DNA from: Macrostomum lignano
Taxonomy: Eukaryota
DNA length: 64,000 nucleotides
Direction: 5' to 3'
NCBI GenBank assembly: GCA_002269645.1
Contig: NIVC01000390.1
Span: forward strand, 411,436-475,435
In this document: piece after piece, positions 34,414 through 54,789 of the stretch
How the letters are laid out: each line of letters opens with the position of its first letter
Position numbering within the stretch: position 1 is the first letter of the stretch
Position numbers and translations under genes: made by a program
The notes under the pieces: model-generated
Databases searched by the model: none
The model's input: only the letters and a program-made list of their open reading frames with translations
What the model was told of the DNA's origin: nothing

Positions 34414-34969
34414 GGGTCTGTGTGAATTTAGTAACCGAAATTTAGTACCGCTTGAATTTAGTATGCTTGAATTTAGTACCGCTTGAATTTAGTAACCGTG
34501 AATTTAGTACCGCTTGAATTTAGTACCACCTGAATTTAGTACTGCTTGAATTTAGTAACGCATGAATTTAGTACCGCTTGAATTTAGTACCGCTTGAATT
34601 TAGTACCGCTTGAATTTAGTACTGCTTGAATTTAGTACCGCTTGAATTTAGTACCACCTGAATTTAGTACTGCTTGAATTTAGTAACGCATGAATTTAGT
34701 ACCGCTTGAATTTAGTACTGCTTGAATTTAGTACCGCCTGAATCTAGTAACGCAACAAATGGTGCAGCTGAGAGATATTCCTTATATATTAGTATAATAT
34801 GAAGGGAATGAAGTACTAAGGAATTACTAAATTCAGGCGTTACTAAATTCAAGCAGTACTAAATTCAAGCGGTACTAAATTCAAGCGGTACTAAATTCAG
34901 GCGGTACTAAATTCAAGCAGTACTAAATTCACAGTTACTAAATTTCGGTTACTAAATTCAAGGGCACCC
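34414..34969. mobile_element. Foldback-like element: inverted arrays of a 16-bp unit with an 8-bp TSD
   Basis: Left array (GAATTTAGTACCGCTT)n, AT-rich spacer, right array in inverted orientation. Direct repeat CCGCCGGG at 34406-34413 and 34970-34977. Confidence 0.75.
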
Positions 34970-34999
34970 CCGCCGGGTGTTTGATGCCTATTCAGATCT

Positions 35000-36560
35000 T
35001 ATCTCTATCTAGATCCCAATCTCATCTCTATCTAGATCCCAATCTCATCTCTATCTAGATCCCAATGTCATCTCTATCTAGATCCCAATCTCATCTCTAT
35101 CTAGATCCCAATCTCATCTCTATCTAGATCCCAATCTCATCTCTATCTAGATCCCAATCTCATCTCTATCTAGATCCCAATCTCATCTCTATCTGGATCC
35201 CAATCTCATCTCTATCTAGATCCCAATCTCATCTCTATCTAGATCACAATCTCATCTCTATCTAGATCCTAATCTCATCTCTATCTATATCACAATCTCA
35301 CCTCTATCTAAATCCCAATCTCATCTCTATCTAAATCCCAATCCATCTCTATCTAGATCCCAATCTCATCTCTATCTAGATCCCAATCCATCTCTATATA
35401 AATCCCAATTTATCTCTATCTAAATCCCAATCCATCTCTATCTAAATCCCAATCCATCTCTATCTAGATCACAATCTCACCTCTATCTAAATCCCAATCC
35501 ATCTCTATCTAGATCTCAATCTCACCTCTATCTCAATCCCAATCTCATCTCTATCTAAATCCCAATCCATCTCTATCTAAATCCCAATCCATCTCTATCT
35601 AAACCCCAATCCATCTCTATCTAGATCACAATTTCATCTCTATCTAAATCCCAATCCATCTCTATCTAAATCCCAATCCATCTCTATCTAAATCCCAATC
35701 CATCTCTATCTAGATCACAATTTCATCTCTATCTAGATCACAATTTCATCTCTATCTCAATCCCAATCTCATCTCTACCTAGATCTCAATCTCACCTCTA
35801 TCTAAATCCCAATCCATCTCTATCTAGATCTCAATCTCACCTCTATCTCAATCCCAATCTCATCTCTATCTAAATCCCAATCCATCTCTATCTAAATCCC
35901 AATCCATCTCTATCTAAATCCCAATCCATCTCTATCTAGATCACAATTTCATCTCTATCTAGATCACAATTTCATCTCTATCTCAATCCCAATCTCATCT
36001 CTACCTAGATCTCAATCTCACCTCTATCTAAATCCCAATCCATCTCTATCTAGATCTCAATCTCACCTCTATCTCAATCCCAATCTCATCTCTATCTAAA
36101 TCCCAATCCATCTCTATCTAAATCCCAATCCATCTCTATCTAAATCCCAATCCATCTCTATCTAAATCCCAATCCATCTCTATCTAGATCACAATTTCTT
36201 CTCTATCTAGATCACAATCTCATCTCTATCTAGATCCTAATCTCATCTCAATCTTAATCCCAATCTCATCTCTATTTGGATCCCAATCTCATCTCTACCT
36301 AGATCTCAATCTCACCTCTATCTCAATCCCAATCCATCTCTATCTAAATCCCAATCCATCTCTATCTAAATCCCAATCCATCTCTATCTAAACCCCAATC
36401 CATCTCTATCTAAACCCCAATCCATCTCTATCTAGATCACAATTTCATCTCTATCTCAATCCCAATCTCATCTCTATCTAAATCCCAATCCATCTCTATC
36501 TAAATCCCAATCCATCTCTATCTAAATCCCAATCCATCTCTATCTAGATCACAATTTCAT
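35000..36560. repeat. Minisatellite, 22-23-bp unit
   Basis: ATCTCTATCTAGATCCCAATCTC / ATCTCTATCTAAATCCCAATCC. Confidence 0.97.
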
Positions 36561-37060
36561 TGGGCATTGCTCCAGCACTTGTTCTTCTGCTCGGAGTAGC
36601 CTTAAGCGTATTGTGCGAGCATAGCCTGAGCTAATAGCATCCTGGATGTTAGCTATTTTTAATTGCTCGCTCTAGCTTTTTAAACCCTTATTAAAAACAA
36701 GGATGTCGAATGCAGCTAGTTGGCTTGCACTATCCACCCACTGAGTACACTTCTGACCAGGAGGAGGGTCGGATGTAATTTAACAATAGGAGCTAGAGTA
36801 GAGTAGGATAGACAGACCGAGAGAAAAACCGACTACCATTTACCCCCCCCCCTTTCTTTGCCTCTCAAACGAAGCCCTGCGATTCTGCACTGCTTGTGCA
36901 AAGCTCCTGTTCAATATAGAACTTATTGTAATAATATGGCGCCCTAAGTCTCATAAAGTCTCGCGTAAGGCTCGACAGAGGGCAAGATATCAAGCTAATT
37001 TTACTCAAAACTGCCTCCTGCTTCATCATTGCTCAACGATATTCTACAAAGAAGAGCGCC

Positions 37061-45248
<8,188 letters not shown>

Positions 45249-45766
45249 CTGCACGGCCCGATTCAAGCTTAATGAATACTTGCGATTTTGCCTATTTATG
45301 CTTCCTGTAGGCGTGCTTGACTAAACTATACGCTGAAAAAAGGACTAACAGCCTTAACTGCCGATAATGCTTTGAAGTCCTTGATGAAAAAGTATATGTT
45401 CTGAATAGACCTTTCCTTGCTTTCTCTTGCAAAAAGGCCTGTTTTGGCAGATTTTAGAGTGAACTGTACTGTCTATGGCTAGATATTGAGTGTAAGTCGT
45501 TTTTTCTAAGTCAGGTATAAATAGTTCCCTTCTTGGCTATAAAGGCTTTGTACAGTGGTGCATTAACATTCTATGGTTTATGGTTTATGGTCAGACCAGC
45601 TGACCAGGGAAAAGGTGAGAAAAAACTATCTGATTTAGCGATGACACATTAAGATCTTATGGTTCTGGTGATAGACAAAAAAGCTCGGAACCAGTTTGAG
45701 AATTGAAACTCTCAGATTTTGCTTGACTTAAATTAAACAATAAAGTCCTTGTCAAACACGAGTTTA

Positions 45767-46023
45767 ATATAGCATTTTCCGGTCAATTTGGTCCTAGAAT
45801 CACTCAATTTAATCCGCAATAGAGAATTCCAATTCATTCCGCCGTCACTAGAGATGCGAAAATAAGAAAATACGCGAAATAGGTGCCCCCGGATTAAATT
45901 GAGTGGAACGAAACAGCATATTTGACCATAGACAATCTCTAGTGACGGCGGAATGAATTGGATTTCTCTATTGCGGATTAAATTGAGTGATTCTAGGACC
46001 AAATTGACCGGAAAATGCTATAT
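45767..46023. mobile_element. MITE / long hairpin with 89-bp arms and a 79-bp spacer
   Basis: 45767-45855 is the reverse complement of 45935-46023 with 1 mismatch. TA-rich termini. Confidence 0.75.
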
Positions 46024-47124
46024 GTTTTGCCTTGTTAAAGTTAAAAACAAGCACTACCGGCATCACGTGGGTTTTGTTGTGAAAGCTAGATGTATTTCAC
46101 AGATACGAGCGTACAGCATAACATTAAGCGGCATTCAGTAATATTTGCTATGTCTATGGTGTAGCGCGATATAAACCTGCGGTTGGCCCATGTTGGCCCA
46201 GACGCAAAGCCTCCTATCCGGTCCTCGGGTCCTTTAAAACTTCACAATAGCAATCAGGCTCAATGTTTGAGCCTCTTCTCAGCTCTCTTCTTTCCTTTCT
46301 CCCCTCTCCTTTCATCTCTCGTCTCAAATCCCACTAAGCTCAGTGAATCTGCTCACAAAGCTCTCAGTGAATCTGCTCACTAAGCTCTCAGTGAATGCTT
46401 ACTAAGTTTCCAGTGAATCTTCGCTATTTGAATCTGCCCTTTTGAGCTTATTGCATTTTTATTTTGAAGATCAAAGAAAGTAGTAGAGTACTCTCATTCA
46501 ATCCAAGCAAGAAATAGCTAATGCAGCGCTGAAAGAAACTGCAGATCGCCATTTAATCTAGCTGAGTTTGCTCTTCATCTTCAAACCGACAATTACAAAG
46601 CACAGTTTTCAGCACATTGCCCAAGTGCTGGGCACAAATCGTATTGTACTTATATGGTTATAATAATTAGACGCGAGACATTTTGAGCAATGAAGATGAT
46701 AACTGCTGCTTGGGCTTCTTCTGTAGCACTCTCTGGCGCCTGTTGCTATAAAATTGAGAAAGAGAAGCTCGAATACAGAGAGAGAGAAGAGATAGCCGAG
46801 CAGTGGCTGCAATGTGAGACACTGCTATTAAACTACCTGAGCTGGATAATACCTAGATGAATTTTCGCTATTGAATATTAAATAAGTTTGGTATAGCAGG
46901 TAAGAGATATTGGCAATTGCACAATTCTTATCTGCTGTGCTGTGCGATTCCAAGTCACCTTAGCTTAAGAAAGCTAATAAAGAAATGCAAATTATGAACT
47001 CGCTTCAATTGAGTTAACTAGCTATTTTATTAGGATCTGATAGCTCGTAGATTCTCTGACGGATAGAATTATGAATTGAGTAAAATTGATCGATTTTATT
47101 TTCATTACAATGTGATATTTGTAA

Positions 47125-47797
47125 GATTGATGGTTTGATAAATTGATAGAATAATAGATCGATCGACCAATAGATTGTTAAATTGACAGGTTGATAGATC
47201 GATCGATCAATAGATTGGTAGATTGATAGATTGATAGATCGATAGATCGATCGACCAATAGATTGTTAGATTGATAGATTGATAGATTGATAGATCGATC
47301 GACCAATAGATTGTTAGATTGATAGATTGATAGATTGACAGATCGATCGACCAATAGATTGTTAGATTGATAGATTGATAGATTGATAGATCGATCGACC
47401 AATAGATTGTTAGATTGATAGATTGATCAATCGATCGACCAATAGATTGTTAGATTGATAGATTGATAGATTGACAGATCGATCGACCAATAGATTGTTA
47501 GATTGATAGACTGATAGATCGATCGACCAATAGATTGTTAGATTGATAGATTGATAGATCGATCGAACAATAGATTGATAGATCGATCGACTAATAGATC
47601 AATAGATTGATAGATTGATAGATTGATAGATTGATAGATTGATAGATCGATCGACCAATAGATTGATAGATTGATAGATTGACAATTTATAGCATGATAG
47701 AATGATCAATCGATAGATAGGTTAACTGATAGATTAATTGTTTGATAGATAGATCGATTGCTAGATTGATCGACTGATAGATTGACAGATTGATCAG
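47125..47797. repeat. GATA/GATC-based compound repeat
   Basis: GATCGATCGACCAATAGATTGTTAGATTGATAGATTGATA units. Confidence 0.93.
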
Positions 47798-47830
47798 TTG
47801 ATAAACAATCAAAACCCACGCCAGATTGCC

Positions 47831-48481
47831 ATGGCCGGGGACTCGCTCGGTGCCACCAGTCTGAACTGGCAGCTGGCGCTGCGGCTCAAGAAGATATTTG
47901 CCGATCGCTATGGCGCTAAAAAATCCTCGGGCAAGATCGAACTGGTGGCCGCATTTCTTGTCAAAGACGGCTGCGTGGCGGCCCACCACGTGTACAAGCG
48001 GTGAGCTTTGATCGAATCGTTTATTTTTGTTTAAAAGAAGTCACTTTTACGAACTGCTCGGAATAGTAGGAAGTTTTCAAAGCTTCATCAGCAGTTCAAT
48101 CGATAATTTAAAGCGGCGATTTTTATAGCGATGGATATCTTTGAATAATTCTACTGATAGTAGAAATGCAAGTAAACTACGAGTAAAACAATAAAAGATT
48201 TGTACCATTTTATTTTCTGATTTGCTTGCCTCTCGTTTAATTTTCTTAGCGATCGATTTTTTGAGCTGACGGACAAGCGGCTGCAGATTTTGCAGAGCTA
48301 CTATGGCCGAGGAGAGCAGTACGTCATCATGTACGAGAGTCTGCAGCGACAGTGCGAATACTACCACCCTGTCAGCGCCCAGGACGTCCGCCACTGGCCC
48401 GTCAAGTCTGGTAGGCGAGAGGTGGTGCCGTGGCGGCGGGCCTTTCGTGAGGCGCTGTGCATCGGACCTGGGGACTGCTGA
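47831..48481 (+). CDS. Hypothetical ~133-aa protein. Exons 47831-48000 and 48250-48481, with a probable 5'UTR exon ending at 46899
   Basis: Acceptor CCAG at 47824, then gccATGG. Donor GTGAG at 48001 (phase 2) matches acceptor TTAG at 48249 (phase 2); 402 nt total. GC-rich, codon-like composition. Strong upstream donor CAG|GTAAG at 46900. No family recognised, and the 3' end is uncertain. Confidence 0.55.
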
Positions 48482-49283
48482 CCCCTGCTGACCTGACTGG
48501 TTGAGACTCCTGACCCCTGCTGAAATGACTGATTGAGACTCCTGACCCCTGCTGACCTGACTGGTTGAGACTCCTGACCCCTGCTGACCTGACTGATTGA
48601 GACTCCTGACCCCTGCTGAAATTACTAATTGAGTCCCCTGACCCCTGCTGACCTGACTGGTTGAGACTCCTGACCCCTGCTGACCTGACTGATTGAGACT
48701 CCTGACCCCTGCTGAAATTAATAATTGAGTCCCCTGACCCCTGCTGACCTGACTGGTTGAGACTCCTGACCCCTGCTGACCTGACTGGTTGAGACTCCTG
48801 ACCCCTGCTGACCTGACTGGTTGAGACTCCTGACCCCTGCTGAAATTACTAATTGAGTCCCCTGACCCCTGCTGACCTGACTGGTTGAGACTCCTGACCC
48901 CTGCTGACCTGACTGGTTGAGACTCCTGACCCCTGCTGACCTGACTGGTTGAGACTCCTGACCCCTGCTGACCTGACTGATTGAGACTTCTGACCCCTGC
49001 TGACCTGACTGGTTGAGACTTCTGACCCCTGCTGAAATTACTAATTGAGTCCCCTGACCCCTGCTGACCTGACTGGTTGAGACTTCTGACCCCTGCTGAC
49101 CTGACTGGTTGAGACTCCTGACCCCTACTGAAATTACTAATTGAGTCCCCTGACCCCTGCTGACCTGACTGGTTGAGACTTCTGACCCCTGCTGACCTGA
49201 CTGGTTGAGACTCCTGACCCCTGCTGAAATTACCAATTGAGTCCCCTGACCCCTGCTGACCTGACTGGTTGGACTCCTGACTT
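48478..49283. repeat. Minisatellite, 32-bp unit
   Basis: CTGACCCCTGCTGACCTGACTGGTTGAGACTC; explains the 413-aa and 202-aa minus-strand ORFs. Confidence 0.97.
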
Positions 49284-50051
49284 GCCTTACAATATGTAAC
49301 ACTAAATTTATTAACCAAGACTTCAAAATCCTAAGATTATTTGGATGTCATAATCCCTGAAGATCACAGCTATATAATTGCACCATATACAAGCTAAAAA
49401 CTGCGAACTGAGAAAGTTTTCATTCGCAACCCTCAGAGCCAACACTTTATTCGGCAGATACTTATTTTTCTTATTTATAAACTATTGCGTTACTGCCTAA
49501 TGCCTGTATAGCTGGTCAATGCAGATATCCTTAATTATGCATTACTCGTATTACTGCTATTATTCTATGATTAATATCATGATTATTAAATGCACACGCC
49601 TATGGTGCTGATTTTTACATTTTATGACATTTTTAAAATTAGTTTAACTAACTAATACAACGAAAGATAATACAAAAAATCTAGTTAAATAAAAACTTCG
49701 GACGCTGAGACGTTGAAATCTCATGCGCAAACAGAGCTCAAGCTTGTTTTTTTGGTACCAGCCTCAGGGCAGTTGCACTCCAGCTTGTGTCTTGTCTTTG
49801 ATGAACTGTGCTAGAATTTCCATTATGCCCCGATCTTCTTGGGTCATTGGGTAAAACGCTTTATCCTCTGCAGTATTGGTTTAAAGAATTCGAATCTTTA
49901 TCTGAGGATTCTGTTTAAATGTATCGCGCTGAACACTAGAAAGTTCCAACTGCACTTTAACAGGATGTGAACTTCATTTTCTATCCATACCTGGCACTTT
50001 GGGCAGGTACTGTTCTCCTAAGGGATCTTTGGTCTCTTTGGTGTCTGGTCT

Positions 50052-50216
50052 CTTGAGCCATGGCATCTCAGAAACTTCCTCTTGAGCCATGGCATCTCAG
50101 AAACTTCCCCTTGAGCCATGGCATCTCAGAAACTTCCCCTTGAGCCATGGCATCTCAGAAACTTCCCCTTGAGCCATGGCATTTCAGAAACTTCCCCTTG
50201 AGCCATGGCATCTCAG
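50052..50216. repeat. Minisatellite, 29-bp unit
   Basis: TTGAGCCATGGCATCTCAGAAACTTCCCC, about 5-6 copies. Confidence 0.93.
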
Positions 50217-50701
50217 TCTCCGTACCTCGCTTTCTGCCTTAATTAATGTAACGATATTTTAATAGAATGAACTTAAAAGCAGTGTAGTGCTGTTTGGTTA
50301 ACAATGCTTGTTTATTTTTGATCGCATTTTCAGCGAACTGGTTGGAGGTTTGCAGGGGGAATTTGATTGAAATTTTGAAGTGATGGTGGCCCCGCTTTGG
50401 CCAGCTGCATGGGCAGGGGGACTGACTTGCATCAGTAGCATATTTTTAGCTTTAAAAGTTGATTAAAAACAATTTTGGGTAGCGTTAATAGATTTTTCGG
50501 GCAAAGTAGTGCTCTTTAAAAAAATTAAAATAAATTAGAAACTTTTTTTGAAATTTTTAGACACTTTCAGGACTTAAGAGGCTTTAGATGTTAGAAGGGA
50601 TGAGGCTTTTAAAAAAACTGTTTGCATAGTTTGTTTTTTCAGATAGCTCGTAGAACTGTAGACCGCATGCCGAACACCTCATTGCAAGCGGAGGTCGGTC
50701 A

Positions 50702-51427
50702 TTAGTCATTGTCCGGCCATCCAGCCTGGGCAGAACCGTTAGCGGCGTAGGTGACCGTATCGCTGGAGAGGGCCACGTTTCCATCCTTGTGATCGAACCA
50801 GCGGTAGCGGCTTCGCACAACAAACGACTCCAAATGACAGGTGCGAGCAGACCTGCGTTGGCCAACGGCGCTATCCTTGTCGTAGCGGACGAAGATGTCG
50901 GTGACAGTTCCGTAGCGGGCCGGCCATTCGGTGCTGCCGTCTCCGTCGGATTCGTCCAGTCGATAATGTGTGGCGTTGAGCCGACGGAAGCCGTTTTGAC
51001 GGGTCAGGCACTGCCAGATCATCGGCGTGTGGCCGGCTGGGGTTCTCCGGCTCAACAGGCGGCTCGGCCTCCGGCCAGTTGGATCCAGAAGCCACAGCAG
51101 TCCGCGCCAGAACAGAAAGGAGCATTCGTCGGAGCGCATCTCGAAAACGGTCGGACTCTTGTAGCCGACGGTGGCCGAGACGATCGTCGAAAAAAAAATG
51201 TCCTTGTCGGACGGAACTTTACCGGTCAGGTAGTGCAGGTGGCGATGGCTCGTCTGCAACAGAGTGGCGTGCCACTGGTCCGGGAAGCAGCAGTAGCCTT
51301 CGTCACCAGCCTCGTTGATGTAATCGGCCGGCGAGCCCGCGGGAGGGGCAGCCATGGACGGCTCGGGCTGCTGGGCGAGCAGAACTAGCCCAAAAATGAG
51401 CAGAAGCTGCAACAACAACAGACGCAT
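50702..51427 (-). CDS. Secreted protein, probably ependymin-related (EPDR-like), single exon, 241 aa
   Basis: ATG-initiated ORF with a clear signal peptide (MRLLLLQLLLIFGLVLLA). CCFPDQW resembles the ependymin N-terminal CCxPxQW motif. Further Cys residues, beta-rich composition and N-glycosylation sequons (NAT, NGS). The CDS is confident; the family call is moderate. Confidence 0.65.
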   Translation of the reverse strand: MRLLLLQLLLIFGLVLLAQQPEPSMAAPPAGSPADYINEAGDEGYCCFPDQWHATLLQTSHRHLHYLTGKVPSDKDIFFSTIVSATVGYKSPTVFEMRSDECSFLFWRGLLWLLDPTGRRPSRLLSRRTPAGHTPMIWQCLTRQNGFRRLNATHYRLDESDGDGSTEWPARYGTVTDIFVRYDKDSAVGQRRSARTCHLESFVVRSRYRWFDHKDGNVALSSDTVTYAANGSAQAGWPDND

Positions 51428-51925
51428 TCAAAGATTTTGCGCTGGCTATGGATAATTCACGAACGCTTATCTGAACCCGTCGAGCTCGAGAGCTGCTCAT
51501 GAGATGATTTAGTGTGGCATATTTATACACATGGTGGCTTTTGGTCTCCTCCAATCCCGTTCGCTGCATGGTCCTGACCATAATGATGCTGCAGCTAAAA
51601 GCAATCGCCCTATTCATTGGACGGGAATGGAGTTATTTTCGATTGCATCCTCCAATAACTAGCTAGCTAGCATGGACAGCTAAATTTCAATTACTTAGTT
51701 GTTCCTGCAAATCTATCATTGTTCTAGTACTGGCGAAAGAATATTCATGGAGTTTTCCATTGTTCCTATAGGTTCGCTATAGATTCTTGTATAGAATACC
51801 TCTCGTGAGTCGTTGTCATCCTTACCAAATGCTAAGTGTATTTGATTCTTCCAACTGATTTTTCACGCAGTTATAATAAAAAAACTTTTGGAGGCATCTC
51901 AACTTACGCAAAAAGGAGTGCCTTT

Positions 51926-52239
51926 TAGTGGTGTCGCCACCGGGGTAGGGGACAGCCCCCCCCCCCCTAGTAAGAGCTATGGAGGGACATGCCGATGTTT
52001 TGTCCCCCACCCCACGTTTGTGACCCGTTATGTAAATCTATAATTTTGCTTCAGGGTGTCAAAACATAGCACTTTTCGATCTGAGCCAAAATGAGGGTCT
52101 GTGGCGCCAAAATGAGTGCATGCGGCGGCGGCGCCAAAATGAGTGCTAACAACCCTGATTCCCAAAATAATGTAGGAATTTAGTCATTAGGATTCTTGGC
52201 AATTGTCCCCCCACCAAAAAATCTATGGCGACACCCCTG
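51926..52239. mobile_element. hAT-type MITE
   Basis: TIRs TAGTGGTGTCGCCA / TGGCGACACCCCTG. Flanks GTGCCTTT / GTGCCTCT form a 7-of-8 TSD. Confidence 0.65.
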
Positions 52240-54516
52240 GTGCCTCTGATCGTAAGGCCGGCTTATATGTATTTACATGTAGGTTTGCCAGCAGACTTCA
52301 GAAACAACCAACTCTTTAAATAATTTGCGCTTGATCATTTAGTTTTCAAAAAAGCCCTTTTAAACTTTTCCTTATTTGTTGTATGGGGATGTGCGATAAT
52401 GAAATTGTACGCCTCGACGTATCCGTACACCACCAAGCGGTGAGTATACCCTGAAATCCTCTCTAGCTATTGACCAATCTAAAGTTGTTTCTGTACATAT
52501 GCCCTGACTTGGTTTCTGTTCCTCTCTAATGGCCTGCGCGACCCCTATCCACATGCTGATGTGATGATCTCAATCAAGGCCTTGAATAGGGGGGAGTACC
52601 AGAGATGTTAATTTGTGCCCAATATTTGAGAATTTGAAAAATCTTTGAGAATCTTTAATCATTCTGATGGAGGACATTTAAAGCGTTCCTACGATTTCAG
52701 TTTTATCACTACGACTATCAGATTGGATGGTGTGTGGAACTAAAAATAGAACGACTCATTCTAATTCCTGAAAAAAAATATGAAAAAATCGACAAAACCG
52801 TGAGGGGTCTCCCCGCTCTCGGACCGCTTTCAGTAGTAGCCCAAACATTTTTCAATCCCAATTTTTTGCGCACTCCCAAAGACTTGTCTGCTGGGGCTGG
52901 TCTGGGTGGACTCGGTCCTATAGCACCGTCCCTGATTCCACTTTTGGGTTGGCGGTGTCTTAGTCCATAGGTTTGGGTTAGTAGCTCCAATGCTTCATGC
53001 TCTCCCCAGGGTCCTGAGCTCTGGTTCCAATAGTGGCCTCTTGGGCTCTAAGCCCCTGGTAGTATGGCCCACAGCAAGATCCATGCGGCAGAGCCCCCTT
53101 AGGGCTGATCCGCGGGCAGCGCTCCTCCTCCCACCCCCGTTTAACAACATAACAAGTAATTTAACCATGCAGCCATCGTGAAGCCTCCGTCATATTCCTA
53201 GAAATGTAAATGAAAATTGAGTTCGTGGTCTCCGTATACAAGTCTAAGTGTGCTGCTTAATTCAGATTCAGTTTTTAAAAAATATAAATCTTTATGTTGT
53301 AAGTTAATTTCAAGGCTAATAGTTTTATTACTTATAGGCTCCTCGGTTAGTTAGGCCTAGTTTTATTAATATTAGTAGGCCTAAACTAAACAGGCTAGTA
53401 GGCATAGTAATATCGACAACTTCAATATTTTTGGACCCAGCTGCACTTGCACTCGATAGGCCTAGCTTTCAGCATATATCGTCAACTAGCTGTCTCTAAT
53501 CCTTCCAACATAAGTCGTGCAGCCATCGTCCATCTCACTGTCTTGTTTTGCAACTGTAGGCCTACTGCATAATCTGAACACAAATAGGCCTATATAATCT
53601 TTTATTTAAGCACTGAGCCAGACTGACTGGCTTCCAAATTTTAGATCAGCTAGGCTATTTATTCAAAAGATTTTGATAAAAAGTCATTTGCAAAAGTTTT
53701 CTTACATTTTAAAGTATATAATCTTTAAAATCAAAATATGGCTGGCAACATTTTTAAACTTCCAGGCATCTTTCAAAATGTGTAAGTATTATTTATATAA
53801 AATTATCATTGGCATTGTTTTCAAATTTATCAAAGTGTTCTATTATTATTAATAATAGCCCTTGTTTCATCTAGAGATCATATAAGATTGATTAGAAATT
53901 TCTATATTATATTATATTATTAGATACCATTAAATTAGATTAGAAACAATGGCAATATAGCATCTCCAAGAATTAAGAAAAGGGGTAGTAATTAGGTGGT
54001 CACCCTTTTCCCAGTGAGTTTTTCAAATTAAAACAATGCATTATACTAAAATCTCATAAGAATATATAGACCTAAGGCCTATAACAAACTTGAACTAAAA
54101 AATTATAATTGGCCTTAAGGTTATCCCATTCCCATAGAAAGATAGAAGAGTGGTCATCTCCTACAGGGATAAGAAAGGTTAATGCTAATGGTGATTTCAT
54201 CTAGGTCTACTATTTTATCTGCCACATTTTTTGCCTATTAATATTTATAAAAAAATTATTTCATTTATTTGCCAATTTGGTTATTCTGTCTGAAATGAAA
54301 ATTCTCAGGCCTACAATTCAAGATATATATAATATTATATTGTAGCACTTAGAAATCTAATTATAAATATAAGTTTTAGTCTGTAATTCAATCCCTCCTA
54401 AAGATTTATAAATATATTTATCTTTGATATACCAGACAATAAAATGTATAGAACAAGATATATGTAAAGTACAGGGCAGTGGTTTTGTCTTGGGGTTATC
54501 TCAAAATGGCCTAGTA

Positions 54517-54789
54517 CATACATGCGCAACAGTCGGCCGAGTCGGCCGATCCGGCCGACCGATTTGGCGGCCAACCAAGGTAAGTCGCAAAAATGCCCAC
54601 CCGAAAGAATCATACGTAGTACTAATTAGATGACGAGGCATTTAGCCCTTATAAGACAGTCATAGTTACTCCTGCCGTTTACCCAAAATTGCGTTAATTT
54701 TGCTGAAGGGTTTCTTTCACAGGTAAGTCGCATTTTTTGTTAAAACTAAGTCGCACGGCCGACCAAATTTTGAAGGTTGCACATGTATG
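54517..54789. mobile_element. MITE with 14-bp TIRs and a perfect 8-bp TSD (hAT-like)
   Basis: CATACATGCGCAAC / GTTGCACATGTATG (1 mismatch). TSD GCCTAGTA at 54509-54516 and 54790-54797. Confidence 0.75.

Noticed and set aside
46690-46813. ATG-initiated segment as a coding first exon of the orphan gene
   Set aside because: It ends in phase 1, whereas all acceptors at 47789-47825 are phase 0; more likely 5'UTR.
48077-49326. 413-aa and 202-aa minus-strand ORFs; similarly 18602-19660, 29150-29918, 31597-32635 and 58278-59020
   Set aside because: Dominated by minisatellite translations, or antisense to real exons.
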